Source: a virus. Taken from it: DNA of 64,000 nucleotides. This document shows positions 9,625 to 19,266 of the stretch, piece after piece. The notes under the pieces are model-generated. The model did no database searches. It was given only the letters and a program-made list of their open reading frames with translations, and was not told the origin of the DNA. Both the position numbers and the translations under genes were made by a program. How positions within the stretch are numbered: the first letter of the stretch is position 1; each line of letters opens with the position of its first letter. The stretch covers positions 32,001 through 96,000 of IMG/VR virus record IMGVR_UViG_3300044691_000566; one strand, 5' to 3'.

Positions 9625-10079
9625 CCACTCGACTCGGCAAAGGCCAGCGCTGGGTGCTGGAGGAACTGGACAGCGGCGACGGCTGCTGGACCCGCAAGTC
9701 GCGCTGGGTGCTGCACACCTGTGGCGGCACGATCCGTACGCTGGACGCTCTCGCCGCACGCGGCCTGGTGACCTGCCTCGACCGTCGTGCGGGCACGGAG
9801 AGGTACGAGATCACCGACGCGGGCCGGGCGATAAACCAGCAGCCCACCTCGGCCCAACTGGACTCGCTCCTGGTCATGATGGCCGAGGAGGACTTCGAGT
9901 GGCGCGACGCCGAGGGCGGCTGGTGGTGGCGCAGCCGGGACTTCACCCGTACGTGCATGGAGCTGCTGGTCCGGCAGGGCCTGGTCGGCAAGCACGGCAA
10001 GATCTACGGCCTGGGCCACAAGGGCCTGGAGCGCGCCAAGGCCAAGGGCTATGACCCCAGCGTCATTTACGAGGACTGA
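9621..10079 (+). CDS. putative tandem winged-helix DNA-binding protein
   Basis: Two L..RGLV...Y.IT..G-type wing motifs. Confidence 0.5.
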   Translation: MTTRLGKGQRWVLEELDSGDGCWTRKSRWVLHTCGGTIRTLDALAARGLVTCLDRRAGTERYEITDAGRAINQQPTSAQLDSLLVMMAEEDFEWRDAEGGWWWRSRDFTRTCMELLVRQGLVGKHGKIYGLGHKGLERAKAKGYDPSVIYED

Positions 10080-10106
10080 GCTGCGACAACGCCTGAGGAG
10101 GCCGCC

Positions 10107-10427
10107 ATGACCAAGATCGATGCCGCCGAGAACACCACCGCCCAGAACGAGTTCGCTGCCGGTCTGCTCACCCAGTGGATCGCTCAGCAGGCCGAGGTGA
10201 ACGCGGGTACGCGGCCCGAGTTCGAGTTCCGTGGCCTGACGGGCATGGACTACAACGGCTGGATCGAGCACCGCCACGGCTGGCCGCTCACGCCCGAGGG
10301 GCTGTGCGGGGTCTCCCTCAGCTCGTGGTGCTGTGACGAGCACGACGACGGTGAGGAGGTGCCGTGGCAGGAGTGCCCGACGTGCTCGGTCATCGTGAAG
10401 TGGTTCGAGGAGGAGCAGGGCAAGTAG
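10107..10427 (+). CDS. hypothetical protein
   Basis: GGAGG RBS. Confidence 0.75.
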   Translation: MTKIDAAENTTAQNEFAAGLLTQWIAQQAEVNAGTRPEFEFRGLTGMDYNGWIEHRHGWPLTPEGLCGVSLSSWCCDEHDDGEEVPWQECPTCSVIVKWFEEEQGK

Positions 10428-10430
10428 GGC

Positions 10431-10505
10431 GCCAAATGGCCGGAGATTCCGGCCATTTGGCAGTTGACGCTCCAACAATCCTTAGAGTAGTCTTGACTCT
10501 GTCAG
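10431..10505 (+). promoter_or_regulatory. hairpin + early promoter + box
   Basis: GCCAAATGGCCGGA/TCCGGCCATTTGGC; TTGACG(10464)-N18-TAGTCT-TGACTCTGTCAG. Confidence 0.85.
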
Positions 10506-10534
10506 GACGGAACACCGACTCCCCGGAGGCCCAC

Positions 10535-10960
10535 ATGGCGAAGCGGAACTACACGCGGGAACTGCTCCAGAAGCGCGCGAAGGGCATGACCATCGTGATC
10601 TCCCTTCAGCCCCATGAGGGCATCGAGGCCCGCTACGAGCCCCGCACCTCCCGGGACCCGATGCCCTGGACCGCCGACCTGCCCTACCGCTTCTCCGGCC
10701 GTGAGTGCCACGCCGTCCAGGACAAGCCGGTGGGCCGGTACAACCAGGACCGCGTCCTGGTGCTGATGGCGCGCAACGAGGCCCCCTACAGCTACGAGGC
10801 CGGGCAGCACGACTTCGGTTTCGACTACACCGACGCGGAACTGACCGCCATACTGCGCGCCATGGTGCGGGACGGCCTGGTGACACTGGAGGGCGCCTGC
10901 TTCACGCTCACCGTGGACGGCCTGGCCCGCCTGAAGGACACCCTCGGCGAGGCGGCCTGA
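10535..10960 (+). CDS. hypothetical protein with C-terminal wHTH-like motif
   Basis: L..MVRDGLV....FTLT.DG. Confidence 0.7.
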   Translation: MAKRNYTRELLQKRAKGMTIVISLQPHEGIEARYEPRTSRDPMPWTADLPYRFSGRECHAVQDKPVGRYNQDRVLVLMARNEAPYSYEAGQHDFGFDYTDAELTAILRAMVRDGLVTLEGACFTLTVDGLARLKDTLGEAA

Positions 10961-11655
10961 TGAGCACAGCGTTCTGGATCGCAGACGGTCTGACGTTGTG
11001 GCTGAGCGGGCGCTCGATCACCGGCGCTTTCCTGAACTGGCGCGGCATCCAGAGGGAGCTGTGGCCCGTGACCCTCGTGGTCCGGGCCGCAGTCCGTGAC
11101 CCCTTCAAGGACCCCGAGCCGGTCAAGCCCGACTACGACAGGATCTTCGAGCTGGAGCGGAAGCTGGGGATCGCGCCCCTCAGCCAGGTGGCCTCCGATG
11201 AGCGCCTCCAGGACGACGAGGAGCCCGATCAGCCCTCTTATCTGATAATCACCGAGGCGGACGTCATCAACTCGCTCGTGTGGTGTTCGGCGGCCTTGGC
11301 GTACCAGTACCGCACGGTCCCCCAGATGGTGGGCTGGGGCCGCGATGTGTACATGCTTACGCCCCACTCCCCGAAGACCGCGTGGGCCGTCCTGCGGGAC
11401 ATGCAGGTGTATGCGGGCCTGCACAATCCCCGGGGCTTTGAGGACTTCCAGTCCGAGCACGAGCTGTACGAGCGCTACGACGAGCTGCGGGCGGCCGTGT
11501 GGCTGTCCCAGGAGCGCGGCGACGCCCTGATGCTCGCCAACGCCCTCAGCCGCCTTACGGATTACTGCGCACGCCACCACAACATGCCGATGGGCCGGAA
11601 CTTCCCGTACCCCGGCGCCCCCAACTACGTCCCCTGGAAACCTGGGAGCCGCTGA
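10960..11655 (+). CDS. hypothetical protein
   Basis: TGATG overlap. Confidence 0.7.
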   Translation: MSTAFWIADGLTLWLSGRSITGAFLNWRGIQRELWPVTLVVRAAVRDPFKDPEPVKPDYDRIFELERKLGIAPLSQVASDERLQDDEEPDQPSYLIITEADVINSLVWCSAALAYQYRTVPQMVGWGRDVYMLTPHSPKTAWAVLRDMQVYAGLHNPRGFEDFQSEHELYERYDELRAAVWLSQERGDALMLANALSRLTDYCARHHNMPMGRNFPYPGAPNYVPWKPGSR

Positions 11656-11657
11656 CT

Positions 11658-11981
11658 ATGATCCCGCCAGAGATCCCGCCAGAGCCCGACCAGCCCGATG
11701 ACCTCCACGGTGACCACGACCCCTTCGTCACCGCCGCCCGGGTGTGGGCCGACCTGGAGGAGCTGCGCAAGGAGGGCTTCCCCGAGGAGTACATAGCCCA
11801 GGTCCGCACGACGCTGGACGATTTGATGTGCCGACATCGCCGGGTGCTCGTTAAGCAGTACATGCTGTCCCCCCTCCCGGCCCATCAGGACCCTCCGGCA
11901 CTGTCCCGGCGACTGGGCCTGTCCCATTGGGAGGACGGGGAGCGGCTGGCGGCCAACGACCCTGACAGGAGAAGCACATGA
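11658..11981 (+). CDS. hypothetical protein
   Basis: ORF within operon. Confidence 0.6.
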   Translation: MIPPEIPPEPDQPDDLHGDHDPFVTAARVWADLEELRKEGFPEEYIAQVRTTLDDLMCRHRRVLVKQYMLSPLPAHQDPPALSRRLGLSHWEDGERLAANDPDRRST

Positions 11982-12307
11982 CCGATACGAAGGCGCTGAT
12001 CACTCCCGTGGAACGGGTGGATGCCGAGCTGAAGGAAGGCCTCACGGACGTGTTGAGCGATCTGGCCCAGGCCACTGTCCTCAGCGAGGAGGAGTGGGCG
12101 GAGCTGAACGGCAACCTGGTGAAGGTGGTCGAGGCGGCACAGGCCGTGATCATCGCCCGGCTCAAGACCCGGGCGTACGCGGTGAGCGAGAGCTACCGCA
12201 ACTCCGGCGCCGACGACACCCCGGACCAGGACGCCTGGGAGGACGCCGTGCAGGTGGCCGACCCCGCAGCTTACGACCCCATGTGGGTGCGGGGGTGGGG
12301 TCGGTGA
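11978..12307 (+). CDS. hypothetical protein
   Basis: AGGAG RBS, ATGA overlap. Confidence 0.75.
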   Translation: MTDTKALITPVERVDAELKEGLTDVLSDLAQATVLSEEEWAELNGNLVKVVEAAQAVIIARLKTRAYAVSESYRNSGADDTPDQDAWEDAVQVADPAAYDPMWVRGWGR

Positions 12308-12729
12308 GCGAGCCGGATCCCGGGCCCCCGCTGGTGCTGCCACCGGAGCAGCAGGACCTGTACGACCATCTGGTGCGGGTGCTGGAGATGTACCAGTCGT
12401 ATCTGCGGAGGAATGTGCCGACCGGTGATCTGGTGGAGGAGGCCGGTCAGGCGTTTCTCGCACTGGACGAGCTGGTGGCGCCGCTGAGGATGCCGGAGTT
12501 CGACACGGACACGGCGCAGGGTCGGCTGATGGCTGCGGTGGCCCGGATCAACCGGGAGATGCCGGGGGTGGCGCTGCGGACCCTGTGGAGGGTGCACGAG
12601 TATCTGAGCACCAGTGACGACGACGGCGTGGTGACCCGGGAGCGGGCGCTGGGCATCATTCAGGATCTGGGGCTGAAGGGGGACGGGGTGTCGTCCACCC
12701 GGCTGCCGGTGTTCCCTCCGCTGCCGTAG
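12304..12729 (+). CDS. hypothetical protein
   Basis: GTGA overlap. Confidence 0.7.
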   Translation: MSEPDPGPPLVLPPEQQDLYDHLVRVLEMYQSYLRRNVPTGDLVEEAGQAFLALDELVAPLRMPEFDTDTAQGRLMAAVARINREMPGVALRTLWRVHEYLSTSDDDGVVTRERALGIIQDLGLKGDGVSSTRLPVFPPLP

Positions 12730-12757
12730 GTGCCGTAGGTGTATGCCCCCTTGTGAA

Positions 12758-12787
12758 TTGACTCCCCAGGAATCCTTTGAGTAGGGT
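12758..12787 (+). promoter_or_regulatory. early promoter (variant)
   Basis: TTGACT-CCCCAGGAATCCTTTGAG-TAGGGT. Confidence 0.7.
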
Positions 12788-13260
12788 CTTGATGGAGTCA
12801 ATGGCATGGGGCGTGTCCCGTGTTCCGTCCCCATTAATCCCTCCGAGAGGAGTCCGGATGGCCGAGGAGAAGAAGCCCCCGCCCGTACCGCCCAAGAGCC
12901 CCACCAAGTGCTCGTGCACGCTCAAGGGCCAGTCGTGCCCTGCCTGCACCCCCTGACCAGCACCACACACAACCCTGTGAGACCGAGGAGAGACCCGTGG
13001 CCCTGAGAGGCGACGAGCACGAGCCCGTACTGGACGACCAGAGCAGTGACGAGGACGCGTCGGCCGGTACCCAGCCCGACCATCAGGACCCTGCCCCGTC
13101 CACGGATGAGACCCCGAGGCGGCACTGATGACCCAGGAGCCCGAGCCGGAGCACGGTGAGACGGATGACCAGGCTCCGCCCCAGTGGGACGCTGAGCCCC
13201 ATCGGGAGGGATCTCACGGCTAGTTGAGCTGCTGCTCACACCGAGCCCTCTGTACGACGT

Positions 13261-13339
13261 GAATGCCCCGGCCCTCGGTAGGGTCGGGGCATTCTCCTTG
13301 ACACTCCAACAATCCTATGAGTAGTCTTGACTCTGTCAG
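13261..13339 (+). promoter_or_regulatory. hairpin + early promoter + box
   Basis: GAATGCCCCGGCCCT/AGGGTCGGGGCATTC; TTGACA(13298)-N18-TAGTCT-TGACTCTGTCAG. Confidence 0.85.
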
Positions 13340-13364
13340 GACGAACCGACCCCTGGAGGCCCAC

Positions 13365-13730
13365 ATGGCGGAAGAGATCAGCGACAAGGACCGCATGGAG
13401 AAGGGCTACGACGAGCTGCGGGCGCAGGCGGTAGAGAGCCCGACCGAGGCGCGGAACCCGGTCGAGGAGTACCAGGCCAACCTGGAGCGCCGGGAGACCC
13501 AGGCCATGGACCTCACGTTCCGCATGAAGGCCCTGGAGGCCGCCGCGCACTTCGCCACCAACCCCACCTGGACGGGCGCCATGCACGGCAAGGTGGACCA
13601 CCTGGACGCCCTCAACGTGATCGCCATGGCCGACGTCTTCGAGGACTACCTCCGCAACGGCCGGAAGGGGCCCAACCCCCTGGAGGCCGCAGCCCGCAAG
13701 CGTCAGCCGTCGCTGTTCCAGGAACTCTGA
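13365..13730 (+). CDS. hypothetical protein
   Basis: GGAGG RBS; R..AL.AA...V...A..FE.YL motif also at the C-terminus of 24787..25866. Confidence 0.8.
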   Translation: MAEEISDKDRMEKGYDELRAQAVESPTEARNPVEEYQANLERRETQAMDLTFRMKALEAAAHFATNPTWTGAMHGKVDHLDALNVIAMADVFEDYLRNGRKGPNPLEAAARKRQPSLFQEL

Positions 13731-13740
13731 GGAGACCGAG

Positions 13741-14193
13741 ATGAACAAGACCGCACTGACCATTGCCGCCACCCTGGCGTCCACGCTGGGCGGCATAGCT
13801 CTGGCGCCCCAGGCGCACGCCATGACCACCACGCTGGAGTCCAGGGCTTTCGGCGTGGCCCTGAGCAAACAGGGCGACCCGTACGTCTACGGGGCTGCGG
13901 GACCCAACGCCTTCGACTGCTCGGGCCTGACCTCGTACTCCTACAAGCGGGCGGGCAAGGCCATCCTGCGTACGGCGCAGGCCCAGTTCAACCACGTGCG
14001 GCACATCTTCTACAACCAGATGCGGCCGGGGGACCTGGTGTTCTTCGGGGGCGTGCGCTCGATATACCACGTGGGCCTCTACGCGGGCGGTGGCAAGATC
14101 ATCAACGCCAACACCGGCCACTACCGGGGGCGCAGGGTCGTGATCGCCCCCATCTCCGAGTACACCGGCACCCGCCACTACGGCCGGGTCTGA
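13741..14193 (+). CDS. secreted NlpC/P60 (C40) peptidoglycan peptidase
   Basis: Signal peptide ending AHA; GDPYVYGAAGPNAFDCSGL, PGDLVFF, HVGLY. Confidence 0.92.
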   Translation: MNKTALTIAATLASTLGGIALAPQAHAMTTTLESRAFGVALSKQGDPYVYGAAGPNAFDCSGLTSYSYKRAGKAILRTAQAQFNHVRHIFYNQMRPGDLVFFGGVRSIYHVGLYAGGGKIINANTGHYRGRRVVIAPISEYTGTRHYGRV

Positions 14194-14214
14194 CAAGAAG
14201 GACGGTCCTGCCAG

Positions 14215-14508
14215 ATGAATCAGAAGAAGACGAGTGCGGCGGAGCAACTCGCCAAGCTCTTCCACGACTCCTACGAGGAGCTGGCGCCCTCCCACGGTTA
14301 CGAGACCCGCGAGGCGTCCCGCAAGCCGTGGGAGGGCGTCCCCGAGAACAACAGGTCCCTGATGGTCGCGGTGGCCCAGAAGATCCTGGACTCCCAGGAG
14401 GACTCCGAGGACCTCCGCAAGCTCCGGGCCCTGGAGACCGCCGGGGTGGACAACTGGGACGGCTACGCGTACGCCATGTCGATCATGGACGGGGATGACG
14501 AGTTCTGA
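14215..14508 (+). CDS. hypothetical protein
   Basis: C-terminal L.ALE.AGVDNWDGY..A motif common in phage proteins. Confidence 0.75.
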   Translation: MNQKKTSAAEQLAKLFHDSYEELAPSHGYETREASRKPWEGVPENNRSLMVAVAQKILDSQEDSEDLRKLRALETAGVDNWDGYAYAMSIMDGDDEF

Positions 14509-14693
14509 TGGCGACGCCCAACATGCCCGCCGAGGAGTGGCCCGACCTGTCCGGCGACGAGCTGCGGCAGGTCGGGGAGGTCCTGAGGGGCGCCGACTAC
14601 ATGCAGGCCCACGAGGACGACGGGACGCCGGTCCCCGATCCCCCCCAAGTAGCCCACAACCCGCCAGAGATCACCCGGGAGGGTGCCGTATGA
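14508..14693 (+). CDS. hypothetical protein
   Basis: Overlap coupling. Confidence 0.6.
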   Translation: MATPNMPAEEWPDLSGDELRQVGEVLRGADYMQAHEDDGTPVPDPPQVAHNPPEITREGAV

Positions 14694-15466
14694 CGATCAT
14701 GGACAAGTTCGTGGAGCTGAACTCCGCCACCAAGTACCCGAGCATCGAGACGTACCACGTGCTGGGGGAGCGGGGCGCCCTGACCGAGGACGTGGGCCCG
14801 TTCGCCGGATACGAGGGCGATGCGCTCTTCACCGAGAAGGTGAACGGCACCAACGGCCGCATAGTCCTCTTCCCCGACGGTGATTTCCTCATCGGCTCCC
14901 GCGAGGAGCTGTGGTACGCCGACGGCGACCGGATCATCAATCCCTCGTTCCGTCTCGTGGAGACGCTCAAGCCGGTGGCCGAGGGTCTGACGGGTGACGG
15001 CACTCAGCACATCTCCGTGTTCTTCTTCGAGGTCTACGGCCACCAGATCGGCTCGGCCGCCAAGCAGTACACGGGCGAGGGCAACGTGGGCTACCGCCTG
15101 TTCGACCTGGCGTACGTGCCCCTGGAGGTCCTGGAGCTGGACCGCGCGAGGATCGCCTCATGGCGGCAGCACGGCGGTCAGCAGTGGGCCACGGAGCCGG
15201 TGCTCCAGCGGGTGGTCCAGGCGGAGGGCCTGACCCTTGCGCCGCGTCTGGGGACTGTACAGGCCGATTCCCTGCCGACCTCCGTGGCGGGCATGTCCAA
15301 GTGGCTGGAGCAGGTGTCCCAGTCCCTGGTGGGCCTGGACGCCAAGGCGAAGGGTCGTTCGGAGGGCGTGGTGCTGCGGTCCCCGCAGCGCACGGTCATC
15401 GCCAAGGCCCGCTTCGAGGACTACGAGCGCACCCTGAACCCCCAGCCGCAGCGCAAGCAGCGGTAG
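14690..15466 (+). CDS. ATP-dependent RNA ligase family protein
   Basis: Motif I TEKVNGTN; FEVYG; RLFD; EGVVLR; IAKARFEDY. Confidence 0.8.
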   Translation: MTIMDKFVELNSATKYPSIETYHVLGERGALTEDVGPFAGYEGDALFTEKVNGTNGRIVLFPDGDFLIGSREELWYADGDRIINPSFRLVETLKPVAEGLTGDGTQHISVFFFEVYGHQIGSAAKQYTGEGNVGYRLFDLAYVPLEVLELDRARIASWRQHGGQQWATEPVLQRVVQAEGLTLAPRLGTVQADSLPTSVAGMSKWLEQVSQSLVGLDAKAKGRSEGVVLRSPQRTVIAKARFEDYERTLNPQPQRKQR

Positions 15467-15480
15467 CCGTCCCCGCCCCA

Positions 15481-15563
15481 CAGAGCCCCCAAGGGATTTT
15501 TAAATCCTTGGGGGCTCTGGTCTTGCGCTCCAACAATCCTGTGAGTAGTGTTGACTCTGTCAG
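15481..15563 (+). promoter_or_regulatory. hairpin with TTTTTAAA centre + early promoter + box
   Basis: CAGAGCCCCCAAGG.../CCTTGGGGGCTCTG; CTTGCG-CTCCAACAATCCTGTGAG-TAGTGT-TGACTCTGTCAG. Confidence 0.85.
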
Positions 15564-15591
15564 CACGGCAACGACTCCCCCGGAGGCCACC

Positions 15592-15849
15592 ATGGCGATT
15601 GAACTCGCGCACAAGCCCGAGAACTCCAACCCCCAGAACCCGTACATCGTGATCAAGCACGTGGGGTCGGAGCTTCCCGAGTACATCGCGAGGGCGCCGT
15701 ACGGCATCTGGATCCGCACCGGCCGGGAGACCGCTCGTCCCCTCGGCTCCGGCCGGGGCATTGCGGACCTGGAGAGCGCCATCCGTGACGCCCAGTACCG
15801 CAACGCGAACTTCAACGCCCCCTCGGAGTCCGGCCAGATGTACGCCTGA
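15592..15849 (+). CDS. hypothetical protein
   Basis: GGAGG RBS. Confidence 0.75.
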   Translation: MAIELAHKPENSNPQNPYIVIKHVGSELPEYIARAPYGIWIRTGRETARPLGSGRGIADLESAIRDAQYRNANFNAPSESGQMYA

Positions 15850-15920
15850 TCCTCCCGAGCCCCCGGCGAACAACCGGGGGCCGCTCCTGCTCCGCCCAAC
15901 TGACTCCCCAGGAGGCCCAC

Positions 15921-16106
15921 ATGGCCGGTACCGCTCGCTCCACGGTCAAGTCCCAGCGCGGCAAGCTCGCCCGCTTCTCCGCCAACAAGGTCTTCATGTC
16001 GGCCAAGCCGTCCAGCAAGAAGATCTACATGCCGCCGCCGTCGGCCAGGGTGAGCGTCTTCCCCAGTGGCGTCGTGCGTGCCGGATCCTGCCTGGTGAAC
16101 CGATGA
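15921..16106 (+). CDS. small basic protein
   Basis: Conserved leader GACTCCCCAGGAGGCCCACATG. Confidence 0.7.
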   Translation: MAGTARSTVKSQRGKLARFSANKVFMSAKPSSKKIYMPPPSARVSVFPSGVVRAGSCLVNR

Positions 16107-16549
16107 CCGTCTACCGCGTCGTCCTGACGGCCATAACGGCCGCTGGCCGCCCTCTGCCGGACGAGTACCCCTTCGAGGTGGAAGTCGAGCAGTCCCCGCG
16201 ACACTGGCGCGAGGGGGACATGGTGACCGAGGCCATCACCCAGGCCGACAAGCTCTTCTACGCCCGTACCTCGTTCGTGTGCGGCGTGAAGCTGGGCGTG
16301 CGCCGGGTGGAGCGCCAGTGGGAGTCCGGCAAGGGCTGGACCGAGCTGGTCACCGCCTACCGGGCCACGCCGGGCACCTGGATCAAGCTGGAGTCCGTCT
16401 ACGACGGCCAGCCCTGGTGGGGATGGCGCTGTGTGGCCCGCTGGGAGCCCACGGGCGACGGCACGTGCCGTCTGATCACCACCCACGCCAGGAACCCGCA
16501 GGGGGGCGTCTACGGGCGTGACGACGTTTTCGAGAAGAGGAGGGTCTGA
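16103..16549 (+). CDS. hypothetical protein
   Basis: ATGA overlap. Confidence 0.7.
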   Translation: MTVYRVVLTAITAAGRPLPDEYPFEVEVEQSPRHWREGDMVTEAITQADKLFYARTSFVCGVKLGVRRVERQWESGKGWTELVTAYRATPGTWIKLESVYDGQPWWGWRCVARWEPTGDGTCRLITTHARNPQGGVYGRDDVFEKRRV

Positions 16550-16551
16550 CC

Positions 16552-16788
16552 ATGGTGGACACGATGTGGCTGGGCAACGCCGACGGTGAATACGTCGGCG
16601 TCGGCGAAGACCTGGACACGGTGATGGACGTGCTCAAGGCGGCCTTCGCCGAGGAGAAGGAGATGACGGACGAGGAGGCCGAGAAGCGCCTGGGCCAGGA
16701 CCTGAAGCTCCAGGACTATTTCGTCACCCTGGACGGGGTCCGGCAGCGCGACTACAGCGCAATTCGGGTGAACGTGCTGGGGAGTTGA
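16552..16788 (+). CDS. hypothetical protein
   Basis: GGAGG RBS. Confidence 0.75.
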   Translation: MVDTMWLGNADGEYVGVGEDLDTVMDVLKAAFAEEKEMTDEEAEKRLGQDLKLQDYFVTLDGVRQRDYSAIRVNVLGS

Positions 16789-16811
16789 CACTTCAAGGAT
16801 TGGAGAATGCA

Positions 16812-16970
16812 GTGAAGAAGCCCAAGCATGCGGCCGACCGCTGCTACCGCATCTACGACCGCGACAATTCCGCGCCCCAGCACTGCTCCGAGCCCGAGGG
16901 CCATGACGGCCTGTGCGGGACCAACTGGGAGTGGTGCGACCGGTACAACGACGGTTCGTGTTTGCTGTAG
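16812..16970 (+). CDS. small Cys/His protein
   Basis: HC..PEGHDG.C motif. Confidence 0.55.
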   Translation: MKKPKHAADRCYRIYDRDNSAPQHCSEPEGHDGLCGTNWEWCDRYNDGSCLL

Positions 16971-16974
16971 GGGG

Positions 16975-17016
16975 TTGACGCTCCAACAATCCTTGTAGTA
17001 GTCTTGACCCTGTCAG
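16975..17016 (+). promoter_or_regulatory. early promoter + box
   Basis: TTGACG-CTCCAACAATCCTTGTAG-TAGTCT-TGACCCTGTCAG. Confidence 0.85.
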
Positions 17017-17043
17017 CACCGAACGACTCCCCTGGAGGCCCAT

Positions 17044-17361
17044 ATGGCGCTCAAGCCCCTCTCCCGCAAGCTCGCCGAGCAGGCCCTCACCGCCGTCAAG
17101 GGCCAGTACAAGAGCTACATGGCGGACGGCGAGGAGTACGGCCCGAAGCTGGTCGAGGCGTGGGACGGCACCCACTGGGCGATCTGCTGGGACGAGGGCC
17201 CGTTCGAGTGGACGCTCAGCAGCCCCGAGGGCGGCATCGACAAGGACCTGTCGGCGATGATGGACCAGCTCGTGGAGACCCCCGCCGCTGAGGGCTTCCC
17301 CGAGGAGGTCTTCGCGGAGCCCTACTGTGGCTCGGTGCTGTGCCTGTACCCCAGCTCCTGA
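17044..17361 (+). CDS. hypothetical protein
   Basis: I.W..GPFEW...VFAEPY...L.LYP. Confidence 0.8.
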   Translation: MALKPLSRKLAEQALTAVKGQYKSYMADGEEYGPKLVEAWDGTHWAICWDEGPFEWTLSSPEGGIDKDLSAMMDQLVETPAAEGFPEEVFAEPYCGSVLCLYPSS

Positions 17362-17399
17362 GCACCACAGCCCGCCGGAGCTGCGATCCCGGCACCCAA

Positions 17400-17480
17400 T
17401 TCCCGGTCGTCTACTTGGTGAAGACGCTCCGTCGGGCCGCACCCGGGGGAGGGACGCTGGTTCGACTCCGGCACGGGAAG
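17400..17480 (+). ncRNA. tRNA-like RNA (Gln-type body) with extended, non-canonical anticodon arm
   Basis: Acceptor TTCCCG/CGGGAA; D arm GTCT-ACTTGGTGA-AGAC; T arm GCTGG-TTCGACT-CCGGC; long stem closed by CCGCA in place of the anticodon arm. Confidence 0.75.
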
Positions 17481-17512
17481 CGCCAGAGAACACCCGAGCA
17501 CAGGGAGCCCAT

Positions 17513-17830
17513 ATGCCCATGTTCAAGATCCAGCCCGCCTCGCGGATCGACAACCTCACGGCCCACGGCGATGTGGGGCTCCAGCGTCCGTACCCCGTCT
17601 ACGCCGACAACAAGGGCAACGTGGAGTTCCAGCGCTCCTTCCGGGGCCGGGTGACCCGCGTCGTGGGCTTCCAGAAGGACCTGGCCGTCCAGCAGATCGA
17701 CCTGTCGTGGAGCGAGGCCCAGAAGAACCCGGACAAGGTCGTGGGCATGTACCTGGTCACGGCCGACAGCAAGGGTGACCTCGGCGTGCACGACACCGCC
17801 GTGGAGACCTTCGAGGAGGTGGTGCTGTGA
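17513..17830 (+). CDS. hypothetical protein
   Basis: GGGAG RBS directly after the tRNA-like element. Confidence 0.8.
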   Translation: MPMFKIQPASRIDNLTAHGDVGLQRPYPVYADNKGNVEFQRSFRGRVTRVVGFQKDLAVQQIDLSWSEAQKNPDKVVGMYLVTADSKGDLGVHDTAVETFEEVVL

Positions 17831-18342
17831 GCATCGACAGAGTCCAGGTCGGCCGGATCTTCCGGCACAAGGCGGACGGCCGCCGCTACGTGCGAATCGA
17901 CCGCCTCTTCGATTCGCTCGATCAGCCGCCGGTCCCGGGCGTCTCGTTCGCCATCTGGGATCTCCGGGAGGGGGTGAGAGCGAAGTGGGAGGAGTTCTCC
18001 GTCCTGCCGGTTGCCATGTTCAATGAGCAGTACCGGTACGCGGCGCAGTTCTTCGAGAACCAGCAGGCCGAGATGGCCGAGGCCACCGCGATGCGCGAGA
18101 AGCTCCAGGCGGACATCGAAGCCGCCCTGGAGGCCGTCGGAGCCCAGGACCCGGCCGCCGTGGCCGGGCTGTTCGTCCGCCTGGTGCAGAACGAGTGCGC
18201 CCACCGTATCTACACCCACGACGGGTTCAAGGAGGGGTGTGCCGCAGGCTGCTGCGACTCCACCACGGACGACGCGGCCGAAGTGATCGAGGTGGAGATC
18301 ACCGACGCGGAGCGCGAGGAGCTGCTCGGGGAGAGCGCTTGA
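17827..18342 (+). CDS. hypothetical protein
   Basis: GTGA overlap. Confidence 0.75.
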   Translation: MSIDRVQVGRIFRHKADGRRYVRIDRLFDSLDQPPVPGVSFAIWDLREGVRAKWEEFSVLPVAMFNEQYRYAAQFFENQQAEMAEATAMREKLQADIEAALEAVGAQDPAAVAGLFVRLVQNECAHRIYTHDGFKEGCAAGCCDSTTDDAAEVIEVEITDAEREELLGESA

Positions 18343-18380
18343 CGCTCCAACAATCCTTGTAGTAGTCTTGACTCTGTCAG
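18339..18380 (+). promoter_or_regulatory. early promoter + box
   Basis: TTGACG-CTCCAACAATCCTTGTAG-TAGTCT-TGACTCTGTCAG. Confidence 0.85.
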
Positions 18381-18408
18381 CACGACGACGACTCCTCAGG
18401 AGGCCCAC

Positions 18409-19266
18409 ATGGCCCGTACCCGCGAAGACCTCATCGCCCAGGTGCTCAAGCTCAACGAGATGGCCAACCGCTCCAGCGAGGCCGACGATGCCGACGACGA
18501 CAACGGTGTGGCCCACGCCGAGATCGTGGACAACGCGACCCGCAAGGCGGCCAAGATCATGCGGCGCCACCAGATCACCGAGGCCGAGATCGGCCAGGCG
18601 CAGGCCGCCAAGGACGAGGAGTTCGTCCACTTCACGTTCTCGGTGCGCAACACCTACGGGCTGGGCAAGGAGCGCTCCACCGCCCTCCACCACGCCGTGA
18701 TCGTCCCCTTCGGCGGCAACTCGATGCGGACCGTCTACAAGTCGGCCAAGTCCGACACGGAGATGACCGTTTTCGCCCCGGCCAGCATCGCCGAGATGCT
18801 CAAGTCGCTGCTGTACAGCATCTCCCTCCAGATGGAGGAGGGCCTGAGGTCGGCGAGCAAGGGCGAGCGCCAGCGGATCGACGAGTCGGTCTTCTCCTGG
18901 ACCCAGGCGGAGATCAACAAGCAGGTCCTGCTCTTCCGCCGGGGCTACCTGCGGGGCTTCGCCTCCACGGTGGGCTCGCGCATCAAGGCCGCCCAGGACG
19001 AGGCCATGGAGGAGATCAAGCGGGAGCTGGAGGCCGAGGGCCGCTCGGTGTCGGCGGGCACGGAGATCGCCCTGTACGACTCCAGCAGGAAGGCGGGCGA
19101 CTTCATGAACGCCTGGTACACCGGTACCAGCGGCGGCGGGAAGCTCCGCAAGACGTCCAACCGCGCCCGGTCGTCGAGCAAGGGCATCGAGGCCGGGGCG
19201 CGGGACGGCCGCCGGGCCGACATCACCCCGCCCAGGACCGACCCGAACCGCCGCTCGTTGGTCTGA
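18409..19266 (+). CDS. DUF2786-like domain protein
   Basis: N-terminal I..V.KL..MA...A..KA.KIM.RH.I; FRRGYL.GFA..V..R. Confidence 0.7.
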   Translation: MARTREDLIAQVLKLNEMANRSSEADDADDDNGVAHAEIVDNATRKAAKIMRRHQITEAEIGQAQAAKDEEFVHFTFSVRNTYGLGKERSTALHHAVIVPFGGNSMRTVYKSAKSDTEMTVFAPASIAEMLKSLLYSISLQMEEGLRSASKGERQRIDESVFSWTQAEINKQVLLFRRGYLRGFASTVGSRIKAAQDEAMEEIKRELEAEGRSVSAGTEIALYDSSRKAGDFMNAWYTGTSGGGKLRKTSNRARSSSKGIEAGARDGRRADITPPRTDPNRRSLV

